Shown here: piece after piece, positions 1 through 14,334 of the stretch
Numbering within the stretch: the stretch's first letter is position 1
How the letters are laid out: every line of letters starts with the position of its first letter
From: Octopus vulgaris
Lineage: Eukaryota
Length of the DNA: 64,000 nt
Direction: 5' to 3'
NCBI GenBank assembly: GCA_951406725.2
Contig: OX597836.1
Coordinates: forward strand, 25,730,001-25,794,000
Notes under the pieces: model-generated
Database searches by the model: none
What the model was told of the DNA's origin: nothing
Seen by the model: only the letters and a program-made list of their open reading frames with translations
Position numbers and translations under genes: made by a program

Positions 1-330
1 AAATGTTCAGAACGGCATTGTTTTCGTCAGAAAAGTAGATATAATTTTTTATCAAAGTTATTTTATATTCTATAATTTTCACAGACAGTAAATACGATAT
101 TATTTGTTATTATCGGAGATTTTGGTGTAATTTGAGGGGATAATACAAAAGTTATGGATGATTTAGTGATTTACTGCAAAACCCATGGCGGCCAAAATGA
201 TCAGAACGGTTGCTTTTACTCCGTGTTTTAGTATATCTAACCGGCGAACTCTAATGTTTTGAATTTGTTTACGTGACGGTTCGTTTACTAAACATTACTA
301 AGAATATCTGCAGAGTACTTTGTTAATATA

Positions 331-1545
331 ATGCCACCTGTAGAAATGAGTTGCGACGTCACTGGTGCCAAGATGTATCGACCTTTGTCTTTCCCTTGGA
401 TAACACTGGTGGCGTGGAGAGGGGAGGCTGGTATGCATGGGCGACTGCTGGTCTTCCATAAACAACCTTGCCCGGACTTGTGTCTAGGAGGGTAACTTTC
501 TAGGTGCAATCCCATGGTCATTCATGACCGAAGGGGGTCTTTACCTTTACTCCGTGACCAATTTGTCAGCAGATTATTAAGCTTCGAAAGAAGGATAATT
601 CAAGTATTGGGTCTATTGCAAAGATTGTTAACAAGTCAAAAAGTGTTGTTCTCGGTATTCTTAAGGTCTACGATGATTGTGGTTCGTGTGAAGCAAGAAA
701 GTCTACAGGTAGGCCAAGAAAATGACCAAGAGAGAAGATCGTGCTATGGTAAAGTTGGTTAAAAAGGACAGGTTTAAAACTGCTGCTGCTGTTTCTCGGG
801 AAATGAGCATTGTACAGAAGAAAACTTTATCTCGAAAAACTGTGTCTCGTCGTTTAGTTGAACATGACCTACAAGCAAGAGCACCTGCAGTGAAGCCACT
901 GATCAGCTCCAAGAATAAAAAGTGTCGTCTTACCTTTGCAACCGAACATGTGTTGTGGTCTCAAGAAAAATGGCAAACAGTGCATTTCAGTGATGAATCT
1001 AAGTTTAAGTTATTTGACTCAGATGGGAAAAGGTACGTTCGTCGAAAAGTAGGTGAAAAATTGTCGCCTAAATGCCTTAAGACTAGTATTAAATTCGGTG
1101 GAGGAAGTGTCATGGTTTGGGGGATGATATATGGAGATGGTGTGGGCCCTTTGGTGCGATTACATGGAAAGGTAAATGCAGGAGTTTATAAACAACTTGT
1201 AAAAGATCATGTCTTGCCTGTGCTGAGAAATTCAACTAAGCGACCACCCATATTCATGCAGGACAATGCCCCATGTCACAAGGCTAAGGTTGTCATGAAC
1301 TTCCTCAAGGCTGTAAAGGTTATTGTTATGCTCAAAGCCCAGATCTCAATCCTATTGAAAATGTGTGGAATATTCTAGGAGAACATTCGAAAGCCAGAAA
1401 TCCTAAAACAACCGAGCAATTATGGAATGCCGTTCAGGAAGAATGGAATAAGATCACCCAGCAAGAAATTGAAATTTTAATTTCCTCATACAGTCGAAGA
1501 TGTCAAAGTGTGATCGAAGCTAAAGGGCTTCACACTAAATATTCA
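331..1545 (+). pseudogene. Tc1 DD34E transposase, disrupted
   Basis: N-terminal HTH-like region and GRPRK motif (~560-720), then a frameshift at ~720. ORF 722-1378 has FSDESKF, GGGSVMVWG and QDNAPCH. A deletion/frameshift at ~1330 precedes SPDLNPIENVW. The C-terminus KGLHTKY is followed by TCA where a stop is expected. A SINE is inserted just after the putative ATG at 331. Confidence 0.92.
338..550 (+). mobile_element. 5'-truncated SINE with (TTTACC)-type tail, inserted in the Tc1 transposase
   Basis: Reverse complement of 2660-2875. Ends in TCTTTACCTTTAC. Confidence 0.8.
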
Positions 1546-2224
1546 ATAATTCCAGTATTCTCTGTCATTTTTGATTATTTTGTTATTTTTTCAACCGTTC
1601 TGATCATTTTCACCGCCATGGGTTTTGCAGTAAATCACTAAATAATCTCTACTTTTTGTATTATCCTCTCAAATTACACCAAAATCTCAGACAACAACAA
1701 CTAATATCGTATTTATTGTCTGTGAAAATTATAGAATATAAAACAACTTTGATAAAAACTTATACCTACTTTTCTGACGAAAACAATGCCGTTCTGAACA
1801 TTTTAGCCGCAACTGTATATATATATACATATATGTTCATGTATGTAGAGTTATATGTATGTTGGTGTGCGTATGTACGTGTGTACGAGGGAAGAGGTAA
1901 ATTCACATGAAGCAGCGTTGAAGAAATAACATTCACTCGAGAATATGGCCATATTAAACATGCTTCAATACACTCAGGAGTGGGAAGATTTTCTCATGTG
2001 GAAAGAGTCTTGGGAGAAAAATTCTCTTCCCAAATGACATATATTAAAAAACACATTGGGCTGTGGATGACGTCATTGGATCGCAGGACGAAGGAAAGCA
2101 TGAGGAGTTCGCCCACGAGTTTGGCCTCTGTCATATGAATGTGTGTGTGTATGTGTGTGTGCGCGCGCGCGTGCGTGCGTGTGTGTGTTTGCATATTAGA
2201 AATATATCCGCGTTTATCTTTTAC

Positions 2225-2400
2225 GTAGAATGCGGCCATGCTGGGGCATTGCGCTTGAGCAATCGACCGCAGTACTTATTTCATTTGAAGCCTGGTAATT
2301 ATGCTTTCGGTCTCTTTCGTCGAACTGCTGAGGGACAGCGACGTAAACACACCAACAGCGGTTGTCAAGCGATGATGGGGAACAAACACAGACATACACG
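2225..2400 (-). mobile_element. SINE fragment (family of 60288-60701)
   Basis: Contains TGCGGCCATGCTGG...TCGGTCTCTTT, shared with 60288-60701. Other fragments lie at ~2572-2642 and ~3015-3155. Confidence 0.75.
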
Positions 2401-2501
2401 CTCATATATGTCTGTCTGTATGTATGTGTATACATACATATATATATATATATATTATATAAAAGAGAGAGAGGGGGGATACACACACATATATATACAT
2501 A

Positions 2502-2551
<50 letters not shown>

Positions 2552-2659
2552 CATACATGTATATATATATAATCGACCCCAGGACTTATTCTTTGCAAGC
2601 CTAGTGCTTATTCTATCGGTCTCTTTTGCCGAACCGCTAAGTCATATATATTGAGCTGC

Positions 2660-2934
2660 TGGGACCCCCTTCAGGCATGACTGACCGGGCGATTGCACCT
2701 AGAAAGTTACCCTTCCAGGCACAAGTCCGGGCAAGGTTGTTTAAGGAAGGCCAGCAGTCGCCCATGCATACCGGCCTCCTCTCTTCACGCCACCAGTGTT
2801 ATCCAAGGGAAAGGGAAAGGCCGATACAGCTTGGCATCTGTGACGACGCGACTCATTCCTACAGCTAAGTGAACTGGAGCAACGTGAATAAAGTGTCTTG
2901 CTCAAGATCGTAAGCTCGACGCTCTAAACACTGA

Positions 2935-2940
<6 letters not shown>
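2660..2940 (-). mobile_element. tRNA-derived SINE (head A + tail 1)
   Basis: Minus strand begins TGGCTCAGTGTTTAGAGC (A-box-like), then TTGAGCAAGACACTTTATTCACGTTGCTCCAG. The body matches 338-550. Confidence 0.8.
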
Positions 2941-2992
<52 letters not shown>

Positions 2993-3225
2993 GTGTGTGT
3001 GTGTGTGTGGGTGTATTCTTTTATTCTTTTACTTGTTTCAGCCATTTGACTGCGGCCATGCTGGAGCACTGCCTTTAGTTAAACAAATCTATTCCAGGAG
3101 TAATTCTCTGTAGGCTTAGTACTTATTCTATCGGCCTTTTTTGCCGAACCACTAAAGCTACTCAATACTCACTCACACATACCCACATACACACACACAC
3201 ATACTCCCACCAACACACTTTTTGA

Positions 3226-3256
<31 letters not shown>

Positions 3257-3376
3257 GGATATATAGATTAGTCATACAGACACACATACACACACATATA
3301 TATGTGTGTATATATATCTATATATATAGCTATCTATCTATCTATTTATCTATTTATTTATCTATCTATCTATTTA

Positions 3377-3415
<39 letters not shown>

Positions 3416-3686
3416 ATATATATATGTATATATATATACAGAGAGAGAGAGGGAGAGAGAGAGAGAGGGAGATGATGTATACACAAGTATATGCAAGTAC
3501 ATATATAACATGTACACATACATGTGTTTATGAATGTTTTTGTATATCTATACACACACATATACATGTACATATATATACACACACACATACGCCGCAC
3601 ATACTCATACACTCGCAACTAAACATATATTTTGACTTCGAAGCAGAAATACGGACGTATATACGTATAAAAAGCAGCAAATATAC

Positions 3687-3729
3687 GTTGCGACCGCAAC
3701 AGCTTTTCCTGTTCAGTTACCATAGCAAC
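3687..3729. promoter_or_regulatory. Pair of RFX X-box-like palindromes
   Basis: GTTACCATAGCAAC at 3716-3729 fits GTHNYYATRRNAAC. A weaker GTTGCGACCGCAAC lies at 3687-3700. Confidence 0.35.
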
Positions 3730-3800
3730 AGAAGATGTTGTAGGATTAAATATCCTTCCTTCTATGTATGTTTACGTCTACACATATACATATACACATA

Positions 3801-3846
<46 letters not shown>

Positions 3847-3847
3847 C

Positions 3848-3892
<45 letters not shown>

Positions 3893-3932
3893 GTATGTAT
3901 GTATACATACATACGTACATATACACATACAT

Positions 3933-3979
<47 letters not shown>

Positions 3980-4990
3980 CTTATTGTATGTATGTGTGTG
4001 TGTGCGTGTATATGTAGATACCACATGATGATGATATCATAATGTGAATATAACATAATGTGATAATATGATAATGTGTATAGAATGCAGTTTCCTCCTC
4101 TTCCTTTTCCTCTTCAACATCATCAGCTTCATTATCATCACCGCCACCAACACCACCACCAACACCACCAACAACACCATCATCACCACCACCAACACCA
4201 CCAACGCCATCACTACACCCACCATGATTACAACTACTACTACTACTACTACTACTACTACTGCCACCACCAGCAACGCCACCAACACCACTACCGCTAC
4301 TACAATGTCCACTGCCAAATCAACCGCTACCGCAACCATCACAACCACCACCGTAATCATCTTCATCACCACCACCACCAACACCACCATCATCTACACA
4401 AGCACCACCACCAGCACCAATACCAACACCAACACCAGGAACAGCATTACCACTACTACCACGACCAGCACCACTACCAGCATCACCATGTCCATCACCA
4501 CGACAACCGCCGCCACCACCACCACCACCACCACCGGCACATTCCCGAACCCCGACACCAACGACAAGCGTCACTTCAACGAATACCATTCATTGCCACT
4601 ACTTACACCACCACCACCAACAACAACACCAACACCAACACCACCGCCACCGCCACCACCACCACCACCACCGCCACCACCATCAGCACAACAACAACGT
4701 CATTTGAGAGACATTCCCCATACACACACACACACACATACTATTATTATCATTATCATTACGGCAATCATCTTCATCACCATCATTATTTCACATCACC
4801 CTCAACAACCACCATGTTCATCATCTCTCAGCGTTATATCTTAACATGATAAGAATCGTATCATTTTATTTTTCTGTATTACCTCCCGTTTAGGCATGTG
4901 TTTATACATACATATAAATGTGTGTGTTTGTGTGTGTGAGTGTGTGTGTGAGTGTGTGTGTGTTGTGTTTGTTTTGTGTTTGTGTATGTG

Positions 4991-5022
<32 letters not shown>

Positions 5023-5206
5023 TGTATGTATGTATGTATGTATGTATGTATGTATGTATGTATGTATGTATGTATGTATGTATGTATGCATGTATGTATG
5101 TATGTATGTATGTATGTATGTATGTATGTATATGTATGTATAAGCACATACCTGTATATGTATATATATGTCAGATAGATAGATAGATAGATAGATAGGT
5201 AGATAA

Positions 5207-5267
<61 letters not shown>

Positions 5268-5278
5268 CACAACCCGAT

Positions 5279-5322
<44 letters not shown>

Positions 5323-5778
5323 ATACACATATACACATGTATACATGTATATACATACACACACACATAGACACATATATATATATATATGTGTGAGTGT
5401 GTGTGTATGTGTGTGTGTGTGTATATTATATACAAGCACGCAGGCGTGCGAGCTTTCCGATTCAATGCTGGAATCACGTGAAAACTGTTCCTGCCTTTTT
5501 CATGTGGACTGTCACATGCTTTAGAAAATAGCACTGGCTCTACAAGTCTCGAGCGCTATTTACACTCACTAACTGCCACTACATCCAGTTAAAGACAACA
5601 GACACACAGACCCAACCCTGCCATTTCAATCCACGTATATACATGCTTCCACTCGCCATGTTTATGCATATACATATATATATATATATATATGTGCATA
5701 TACATACATACATACATATATATATATGCACACACACACACACACACACACAAGTATATATATATAATCATGTATATG

Positions 5779-5813
<35 letters not shown>

Positions 5814-6016
5814 ATATGCATATGTATATATGCATATATACATCTACATTCAAATACGCACACACTCAGACACTCCTTTATGCATATATATATATATATA
5901 TATGTGCGTGCATCTACATGCATACATACATAGAAGCATACATACACATATGCATTCATGCATAAATATATATGCACACACACATATACAGATACACATA
6001 AACAAGGAAACAGACA

Positions 6017-6054
<38 letters not shown>

Positions 6055-6454
6055 TAGATATAGATAGACCGATGCATATACACACATCCATACCATCATA
6101 TGCACTCATGCATGTATATACACACATGCATATATACATACATAAATATGTACATATATGCTTACAAAAATACATAAATACACCCCTACACACACATACG
6201 CATACATACATACATACATACATACATACATACATACATACATACATACATACATACATACATAAATATCTACATACATGCATACACACACACATACATT
6301 CATACATATATACATAGATATGCACTTGTTGCTTTCTAAATATTATTTGTGGAGTTTTGCTTTGATCTTTGGAGGTGAACCAGTTATTAATCAGCAAAAT
6401 GAAGTCCAGATTCCTTGCATGCCTACTGACGTATTAGTAATTCAAATTGCTCAG

Positions 6455-6835
6455 CTGTCTGGTACGAAGTTTGCCTGCCGACCACAAGCTTCCGGTTTCG
6501 GTCTCCCTGCGTGGCACCTTGGGCAAGTACCTCCCACTATAGCCTCGAACTAACCAACACTTCGTAAGTGAATTTAGTTGACGGAAATTGAAAGTTGCCC
6601 GTCGTATACATATATGTATGTGTGTGTGTGCACGTGTATGTATGTGTGTGTGTGTGCGTGTGGGTGTTTACGTTCCCGTAACCTAACAGATTGGCGAAAG
6701 AGACCGATAGAATAAGTTTCAGGATGAAAAAGAGAATAAGTACATAGGTCGATTCTTTCAACTGAAAGATTCTTCAAGGCGGTGCCGCATCATGGACGCA
6801 GTCGTGTGACAGATACAATTAAAAGATAAAAGACA
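6455..6835 (+). mobile_element. tRNA-derived SINE with internal (TG) microsatellite, diverged copy
   Basis: GCGTGGCACCTTGGGCAAG...ACTATAGCCTCG...GAGACCGATAGAATAAG...TTCAAGGCGGTGCC, colinear with the reverse complement of 60288-60701. Confidence 0.85.
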
Positions 6836-7067
6836 AATGCCCAATGTTTGTGTTAGTGTGTCTGTGTTTCTACTTCGTAAGCATTACTACTTATGCAATA
6901 AAGAGGAGAAATTATGATGAACACAAGTCTACATCAGTTGTTACTACGTCTGTTTCACTTTTATTGTTTTTCGAACTCTACATTGGATGTTTCAAAGTGT
7001 AATTGAATGCTCAGCCACGATGGGCAATCGGTAAACATGTGATTGCATTATGTTACAGAGAAGTAAG

Positions 7068-7124
7068 TGTTCTCTGATGAACCGTTGTGGTTAAACATCC
7101 GATGGTGAAACGTACGTAGGAACA
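7068..7124 (+). ncRNA. Minimal type I hammerhead ribozyme, intact core (probably in a Penelope-like terminal repeat, ~6840-7175)
   Basis: Stem I TGTTCT/GGAACA; core CTGATGA 7074-7080; stem II ACCGTTG/CGATGGT; GAAA 7107-7110; short stem III closing a palindromic GTAC loop; GUA cleavage triplet 7116-7118. Confidence 0.8.
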
Positions 7125-7194
7125 AATAAAATAAATTTGTGTTTATCGTAATTTCTCCTACATTTTACTCTGTATATATATACATACATACACA

Positions 7195-8010
7195 CAGGAA
7201 ATATTTAACAGGCGTTCTGTGAAATTATCGTATAGCTACTGTCCCATTATGGAGAATATCATTTCACGAGGTCAACACCAAGAGCCTAAATCCAGTTCTT
7301 GGACCCAGAAACCTGTCCACTTGATCAGCGATGTATGATTAAATCTGTCATATCTGAGGCAGAAGTTACTGCAACGCCAGATGATAGCACAAACGATAAG
7401 AAGTACTATATTGGACTATGCGAGAATTTAAAAATAGTCATATTAATCACATAACTTCCTTCCGACATAAGGACAAAAACAAAGCCACTAACTTGGCTAA
7501 CCGTGTATAGAGTTTAAAATCTAACGCAATACCACATACGATAAAGTGGAAAACAATCGAAAAACCCACATCTTATGTTAACGGCTCAAAAACATGATCC
7601 TTTTCACATCTAAGATCTCTAACTCACTGCTGAACTCTAGATCTGAAATTTTCAGCGGTTGTAAACATATGCCTAAGTCCCAATGAAAGGATTGGGAAGC
7701 TCCTCCTATACCTGATTAACTTGTACCATAAATTACATTCTAAGGGTAATAACTCATTTTCTTCTTTTCCTACTGATTAATTTTTCGCTTTGCGGATTTT
7801 TAACCTTCCCCTTTTTCTATATACTTACTTCTTCTCTTTTCTCATTTCTTCTCTCATTCAAATTTTGATTCGTTATGCCATGTACGCTGTGCCTGACGAC
7901 TGTGCCGAGATGTCAGATGTGTTATAAAAGTTTGTTTGGCATGCTCTCGGCACAAGAAACTATTAATAGCACATAAAACACGCATTGTGTCTATTAAATA
8001 ATACGTATAT
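7195..8010 (+). mobile_element. Penelope-like retroelement 3' remnant (GIY-YIG endonuclease region plus terminal repeat)
   Basis: Broken-frame translations KLSYSYCP, KYYIGLCE, NHITSFRHK, IKWKTIEK..SYVNGSK and LLNSRSEIFSGCKH match my recollection of Penelope C-termini. A pyrimidine-rich tract and a hammerhead motif follow. Confidence 0.8.
7888..7973 (+). ncRNA. Degenerate type I hammerhead ribozyme motif
   Basis: Stem I TGTGC/GCACA; core CTGACGA; long stem II TGTGCCGAGA/TCTCGGCACA; GAAAC. The first pair of stem II (C-A) and stem III are mismatched. Confidence 0.6.
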
Positions 8011-8145
8011 ATATATATGGATCAAAATGCTTTAATCCATACATGTAACTCCCAATAAATGTAACGAGTACCCTTCCTTCGTTTGTTTACTAAGTCGTAT
8101 GTATGTATGTATGTATGTATGTATTCACACTCACATACATCTATG

Positions 8146-8700
<555 letters not shown>

Positions 8701-8719
8701 CATCCTCTTTATAATTATT

Positions 8720-8973
8720 ATGTGAAAACTCACAGCTTATTTTGCTGGGTATGATGGAAAGTGTCAGCTGTCCACAGCCAGCAGGCTAAGGCGACACTTG
8801 TTTACTGGTCATGCTTCAAGAACCCTGCCAAGAATTCTTGCAGTTCCAAGCAATGCTGATTTTCGTAGATGTTCTACCTTCACATTTGATCTTATTCAGC
8901 CATGTTGGTAGTTGAGTGGTGATACTTCCAAGTGCACCAATTACTATTGGTATCACGTCTACTCTGTTCGTTG

Positions 8974-8975
<2 letters not shown>
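8720..8975 (-). mobile_element. R4/Dong-type non-LTR retrotransposon 3' fragment
   Basis: Minus strand translates RVDVIPIVIGALGS...KSALLGTARILGRVLEA*, followed by a 3' UTR. Flanked by (TAA)n. Confidence 0.85.
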
Positions 8976-9047
<72 letters not shown>

Positions 9048-9057
9048 GTTGTTGTTG

Positions 9058-9089
<32 letters not shown>

Positions 9090-9804
9090 GGATATACTTA
9101 ATGAACAAAATAGATATAAAATATTGAGTATACACATTGTTTGACCTTTTATGTAGAGTTTTATGATTGTATGTTCCCAAACATTTTGAAATTTATTTTC
9201 TAATAATGTTTGACATCGTCGGATGTAGTGATACTGCTTTAAGGTATCGAAATCACGTTGATATCCGATTTGCAGCTGACGCAGGAAATTCCTCAGTCGT
9301 GTTTACTATGCTATCGTTATCGTTAATATCTCTGTTCGTTGTCACTGACTTGTTTGATTTTTTTTGCTTCAGGATAGTACAGTACCTCCTTATATTGCTC
9401 CATTGTGTTTTAGTACAGTGTGTACTAACGATCTATCTATTTGTGTGTGTCTGTGTGCGTGCGTGTGTGCATGTACATATGTGTGTATACTTGATCCAAA
9501 AGTTAATCTTTTACAATCCCAACCCAACGCAATATATATTGTGAGTGTATATTGCGTTGGTTTGGGATTGTGCATGACTGTATATATATAGAAGGAGAGA
9601 GAGTTAGGTATGATGATGAAACAAGAAAAATAGACCTCAAAACATGAGTGTTATGTATATTTTTATTGATATTTAGCAGAAGCAACAGAGTGACTCAAGA
9701 ATCGTGTTTCTGCTATACACACACAAGCACACACACGCACACATACATACATACATACATACATACATACATACATACATACATACATACATACATACAT
9801 ACAT

Positions 9805-9894
<90 letters not shown>

Positions 9895-11480
9895 CAATGT
9901 GCGTATGTATGTATACATCTGTGTATGTATTTATGTAAGTATGTATGCGTGTGTATGTATGTATGGATAGAGAAATTAATAACAACAAATGGATAATGTG
10001 TCAATCCTCTACAGCTGTTTCCAACGAACTTATGTATGTATGTATGTATGTATGTATGTATGTATGTATGTATGTATGTATGTATGTATGTATGTATAGA
10101 CAGACAGACAGACATACAGATAGATAACATTATCCAATATGTTATAACTCGTTTTTACTGTTAGAATATGGGTTATCGTTTCTAATGAACTGACTTGCAG
10201 TTGTGTAACATTTTTAGCATGAATACAAGACATTAAATTTTTAAATGGCTTTTTCAAATATAAGTTGAAAAAAATTCTTCCGAAAATCTCCATGGCCACG
10301 AAATACTCCCCCGACAGCACATTTTGCTAACCTCACCTCACTAACCCAATTTAACGTACTGTGAGATGATACATGATAAAGCTATATGAAAGACATGTTA
10401 TATGTTAATGCATTGTTGTTGGTTGTGGTGGTGGTAAGTGGTGGTGATGGTGGTGGTAGTGTTGTTGTTGTTGTTGTTTAGGACATGCTTAATCAAAGTC
10501 ATTCGAATCATGACAATCCTGTCTTTTCAGGGGTTACTAAGACTGTATTATCTGTCACCTCATTCATTTTATGAGGTGATAAGGTATTATCCGATAATGA
10601 TTTACCTTCTGTTTCTAACCGACTGAACGATTCCATGAAAGTGATAATGTATTTTAGTGACAGATAAGTCGTCGGTGGTGGTGCTGGTGGGACGGGTAGT
10701 AGGGGTATAGGCAAGACGTTACATAAAACGATGTTACTACACATCGCTGGTCACAATGCGCTTTGCATTGTTTCAGCCTTCAAATGACGCCGCCCCGCTG
10801 GCTAAGCGAGCAAGCCAATATATATATATATATATATATAATAGTGTAATAAATAAAATATATGCATACATACATACATATATGTACGTACCTACATCTA
10901 CATGTATATATACATGCATATATAAATATATATACGTGAGTACAGGACACCACAAATAGACGTAGAACTCAACGAGAAACGAAAACGTAAAAACAAACAT
11001 GGAAACGGACCTTTTTTTAACAGCGTAAAAACAGAGTACAAGACAAGCAACACAACGAAAATTCCCCTTTATATATATATATATATATATATTTATATTT
11101 CTTTCCTTTCTGAATCCAGATAAAGGAGCAGCGCCCGTAACCTTTGCAGGCACCTCGGAGAGTTGGCGAAATCAATGCCGTTATTATCAAGTTTTAAACG
11201 TTGAGTTACAGTAGCCGCAAGAAGGACAAGAAGAAGGAGAAAAGGACATTCCAGAGGAATTATGTGGAGGAAGGATTGGGAAAAATTATGGTTAATGCAG
11301 AGTGCAGAAAAAGGTTGTTGTAACATGGGTGATAGGAAGCGGAGAGGTGAGAGACCAGGGAGAGTCTAAATGGTGGGGCATGACACCAGCTACCACCGAT
11401 GTATATGCATGCCTGAGTGCAAATATTAGTGTGTGTATGTATCTGTCTGTCGGTCTTGTCCTGTATATGACAGTAAACTG

Positions 11481-11964
11481 CATCCGTTAGTGGCGTCCAC
11501 GTTGAGGAATTCGGGGTTTAGGTAAGTCTGGTCTGGAACCACCTACCCGGAGGAGTGGCACCTATTAGGATCCCAGCTATGAGTTATTTAGCATATTAGG
11601 GCTTGCCTACCTATACATATGAAGACTCTAGATCCGACGGAGTCTGCAGAAGAAACTTCGTGGTTCAACGAAATGGGGTTGCGGCTGTATCAACAACATT
11701 GCGAAACGCAGAGAGCAAAACGAGGCAAGACACCTTGGTCATGTACTGCATCTCCAATCTCAAAACATCTTGACCTAGTCTTGACACCAGATTGAAGATG
11801 GTCGCTGGAGAGAGAGAAGGGGGAGAGAAGCTGACGGTGCGATAGTCTTCTATACTTTAAACAATCACTGCGTAAGTACCTGGGAACAATAGCGGCTAAG
11901 AAGTGATTCCAGTCCAGCCGCATCAAAACCCCGAAATCCTGAACGTGGGCACGATTAACAGATA
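11481..11964. mobile_element. Non-autonomous DNA element (MITE-like) with ~60-bp imperfect TIRs
   Basis: 11481-11543 (CCACGTTGAGGAATTCGGGGTTT...CTGGTCTGGAACCAC) is inverted at 11902-11964 (GTGATTCCAGTCCAG...AAACCCCGAAATCCTGAACGTGG). Confidence 0.65.
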
Positions 11965-12299
11965 CTGCCTAATGTCATACTCAGGACAAGACACACGCAC
12001 ACACACAAACATACACACATTCTCTCTCTCTCTTTCACACACACACACACACTTTCACTAATATTCACACACAGCTCTGCATATATATCGGTGGTGGTTG
12101 GTGTAATGCCTCCAGCATTCGCTCACTAGATTCGCTCACTTCCCCTCCTCTCGTCATCCGTGTTACATCCACATTCTTTTGCCCTTTACATCAACCATTA
12201 TTCTCAATCCTTACTCCACATCACTCCCCTGGAATTCCTCCCTGTTCTTAGCCAAACCAAAGAATGACTAAATGGTCCCCGTCATCCCCATGGACGTTC

Positions 12300-12337
<38 letters not shown>

Positions 12338-13204
12338 AGTTACAATTACAAAGGATCCAATGCCAAATTTAATTAATTCAGCTAGGTTGTGTTATAATAT
12401 ACTAATTGATCTAGGTACGCGCACGCACACAGACACGCCCACTCAAATAAACACTTACACACATACCCATGCACACAAAATATGAAAGAAGTAGAATATG
12501 TTTCTTGTTTGGAGAATGAAAATTGGAAATTGTTGACGACTTTCAAGGACAAGGAAAATTTTGAATTTTGAATTTTCATGCTTAGGATGGAGGGTGGACC
12601 TGATTTTTGTTTTCACGTAAGATATGTTTCTGTGTTATTAGAACCTCATCAGCGAGATATAGTTTTCTCAGACTTTACAACGAAGAAAATTTCATTTCAT
12701 TTGGAATTTATCCTAAATACGTCATACACTAGACGAAGAACTTACTGGAATTGTATCCCTTAATGTCCCACTTGGGTTATCTACCTTCTAAACATTATTT
12801 ACAATTCAAATTATACTGCCTAAACATTTTTTTTTCAAACAAAAAAAATTACATTCTAATATCTTAGAAAAAAATCAACCGTATGAGGCCATGGAAGGAA
12901 CGCCATTCAATATCACTTTTTTCGATCAGAGTTTCCTAGGAACTCACGCAAGAAACAGGATAAACCCACACCTAATCACACACACACATACATGGACGCA
13001 CGACACTAACAAACAGACACACACACACACACACACACACATATTCACACGCATACATACACACACATACACACACACATACACTTACACATTTACTATG
13101 TTCAGAAATACATGCACGCATACATACACTCAGTCACACACCGTACACAGCTATTTATGCACTGTGCCCACACAGCTACCCACACATCAACATAAACACA
13201 TAGT

Positions 13205-13235
<31 letters not shown>

Positions 13236-13511
13236 CACGTGCACACATTCCTATACTCTCTCCTACACGCGCGTATACACAAACACACCTTATTGTATAA
13301 ATACTTGTACTCACATAGACACATACATACTACTACAAACATACAAACACATACACACACACACACACACACACAGAGCACATAATACTGCTTAATCTCA
13401 CACATGTATGCACATGGGGATAGAGAGGTAGACAGACAGACAGACAAATAGACGGACAGACAGACAGAAGAAAACATATAGAGACAAATAGAAAAATAGA
13501 TAGATAGATAA

Positions 13512-13664
<153 letters not shown>

Positions 13665-14238
13665 GAAAGCGAGAGAGAGACAGACAGACAAATGGAAACA
13701 GACAGAAAGAGAGAGAGAGACGGAGGGGGAGAGAAGAGAAGCGAGAACAGATATTGATGTGTTAGTATGCTTTTAAAGTCTGGTCATTGATATATATACC
13801 TGTGATGGTATTAATTCGGTAGAGTGTGAGTGAGTCTATGAGCCGTCTCTTTCGGTGTAAGCATCGTAAAGAGGGAGAGAGATAGAAAGAGAGGGAGAGA
13901 ATCAGAGAGAGAGAGAGAGAAGCGAAGCAGAGACATATACATACAAAGACGTATGTGCGTATGTGGTCGTGTAAGCAGCAATGGCGTACGCTAAAACAAT
14001 AAAGTTTCTCTTTAAACCTGTTGAACCTCCATCTGACTGACGTCATCAGTTTTAGAGAAGTTTTTATTGCAGTATTATCTTTTTGTGGTGTATATAGACA
14101 TGTTTAAATCTATATCATTATATAAGTATGTATGTATGTATGTATGTATGTATGTATGTATGTATGTATGTATGTATGTATGTATGTATGTATGTATGTA
14201 TGTATGTATGTATGTATGTATGTATGTATGTATGTATG

Positions 14239-14313
<75 letters not shown>

Positions 14314-14334
14314 AATATCTATCTATCTATTAAT

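Larger units (their letters stand above)
1..1815 (+). mobile_element. Tc1-like DNA transposon of IR-DR type (left end slightly cut by window edge)
   Basis: 1-212 is the imperfect reverse complement of 1592-1803. The right end reads ...GCAACTG|TA. Each TIR has inner and outer direct repeats (CCGTTCTGAtCATTTT / CCGTTCTGAaCATTTT). A transposase lies between the TIRs. Confidence 0.95.

Noticed and set aside
4037-4849. Long Thr/Pro/His-rich ORFs (mucin- or extensin-like)
   Set aside because: Degenerate (CAC/TAC/CAA)n microsatellite open in several frames, with no splice signals or domain. The same applies at 20376-20650, 24717-25530 and 37894-38250.
14038-14045. Full CRE palindrome TGACGTCA (also at 2068 and 44487)
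   Set aside because: Three scattered 8-mers in 64 kb is not clearly above chance, and there is no promoter context.
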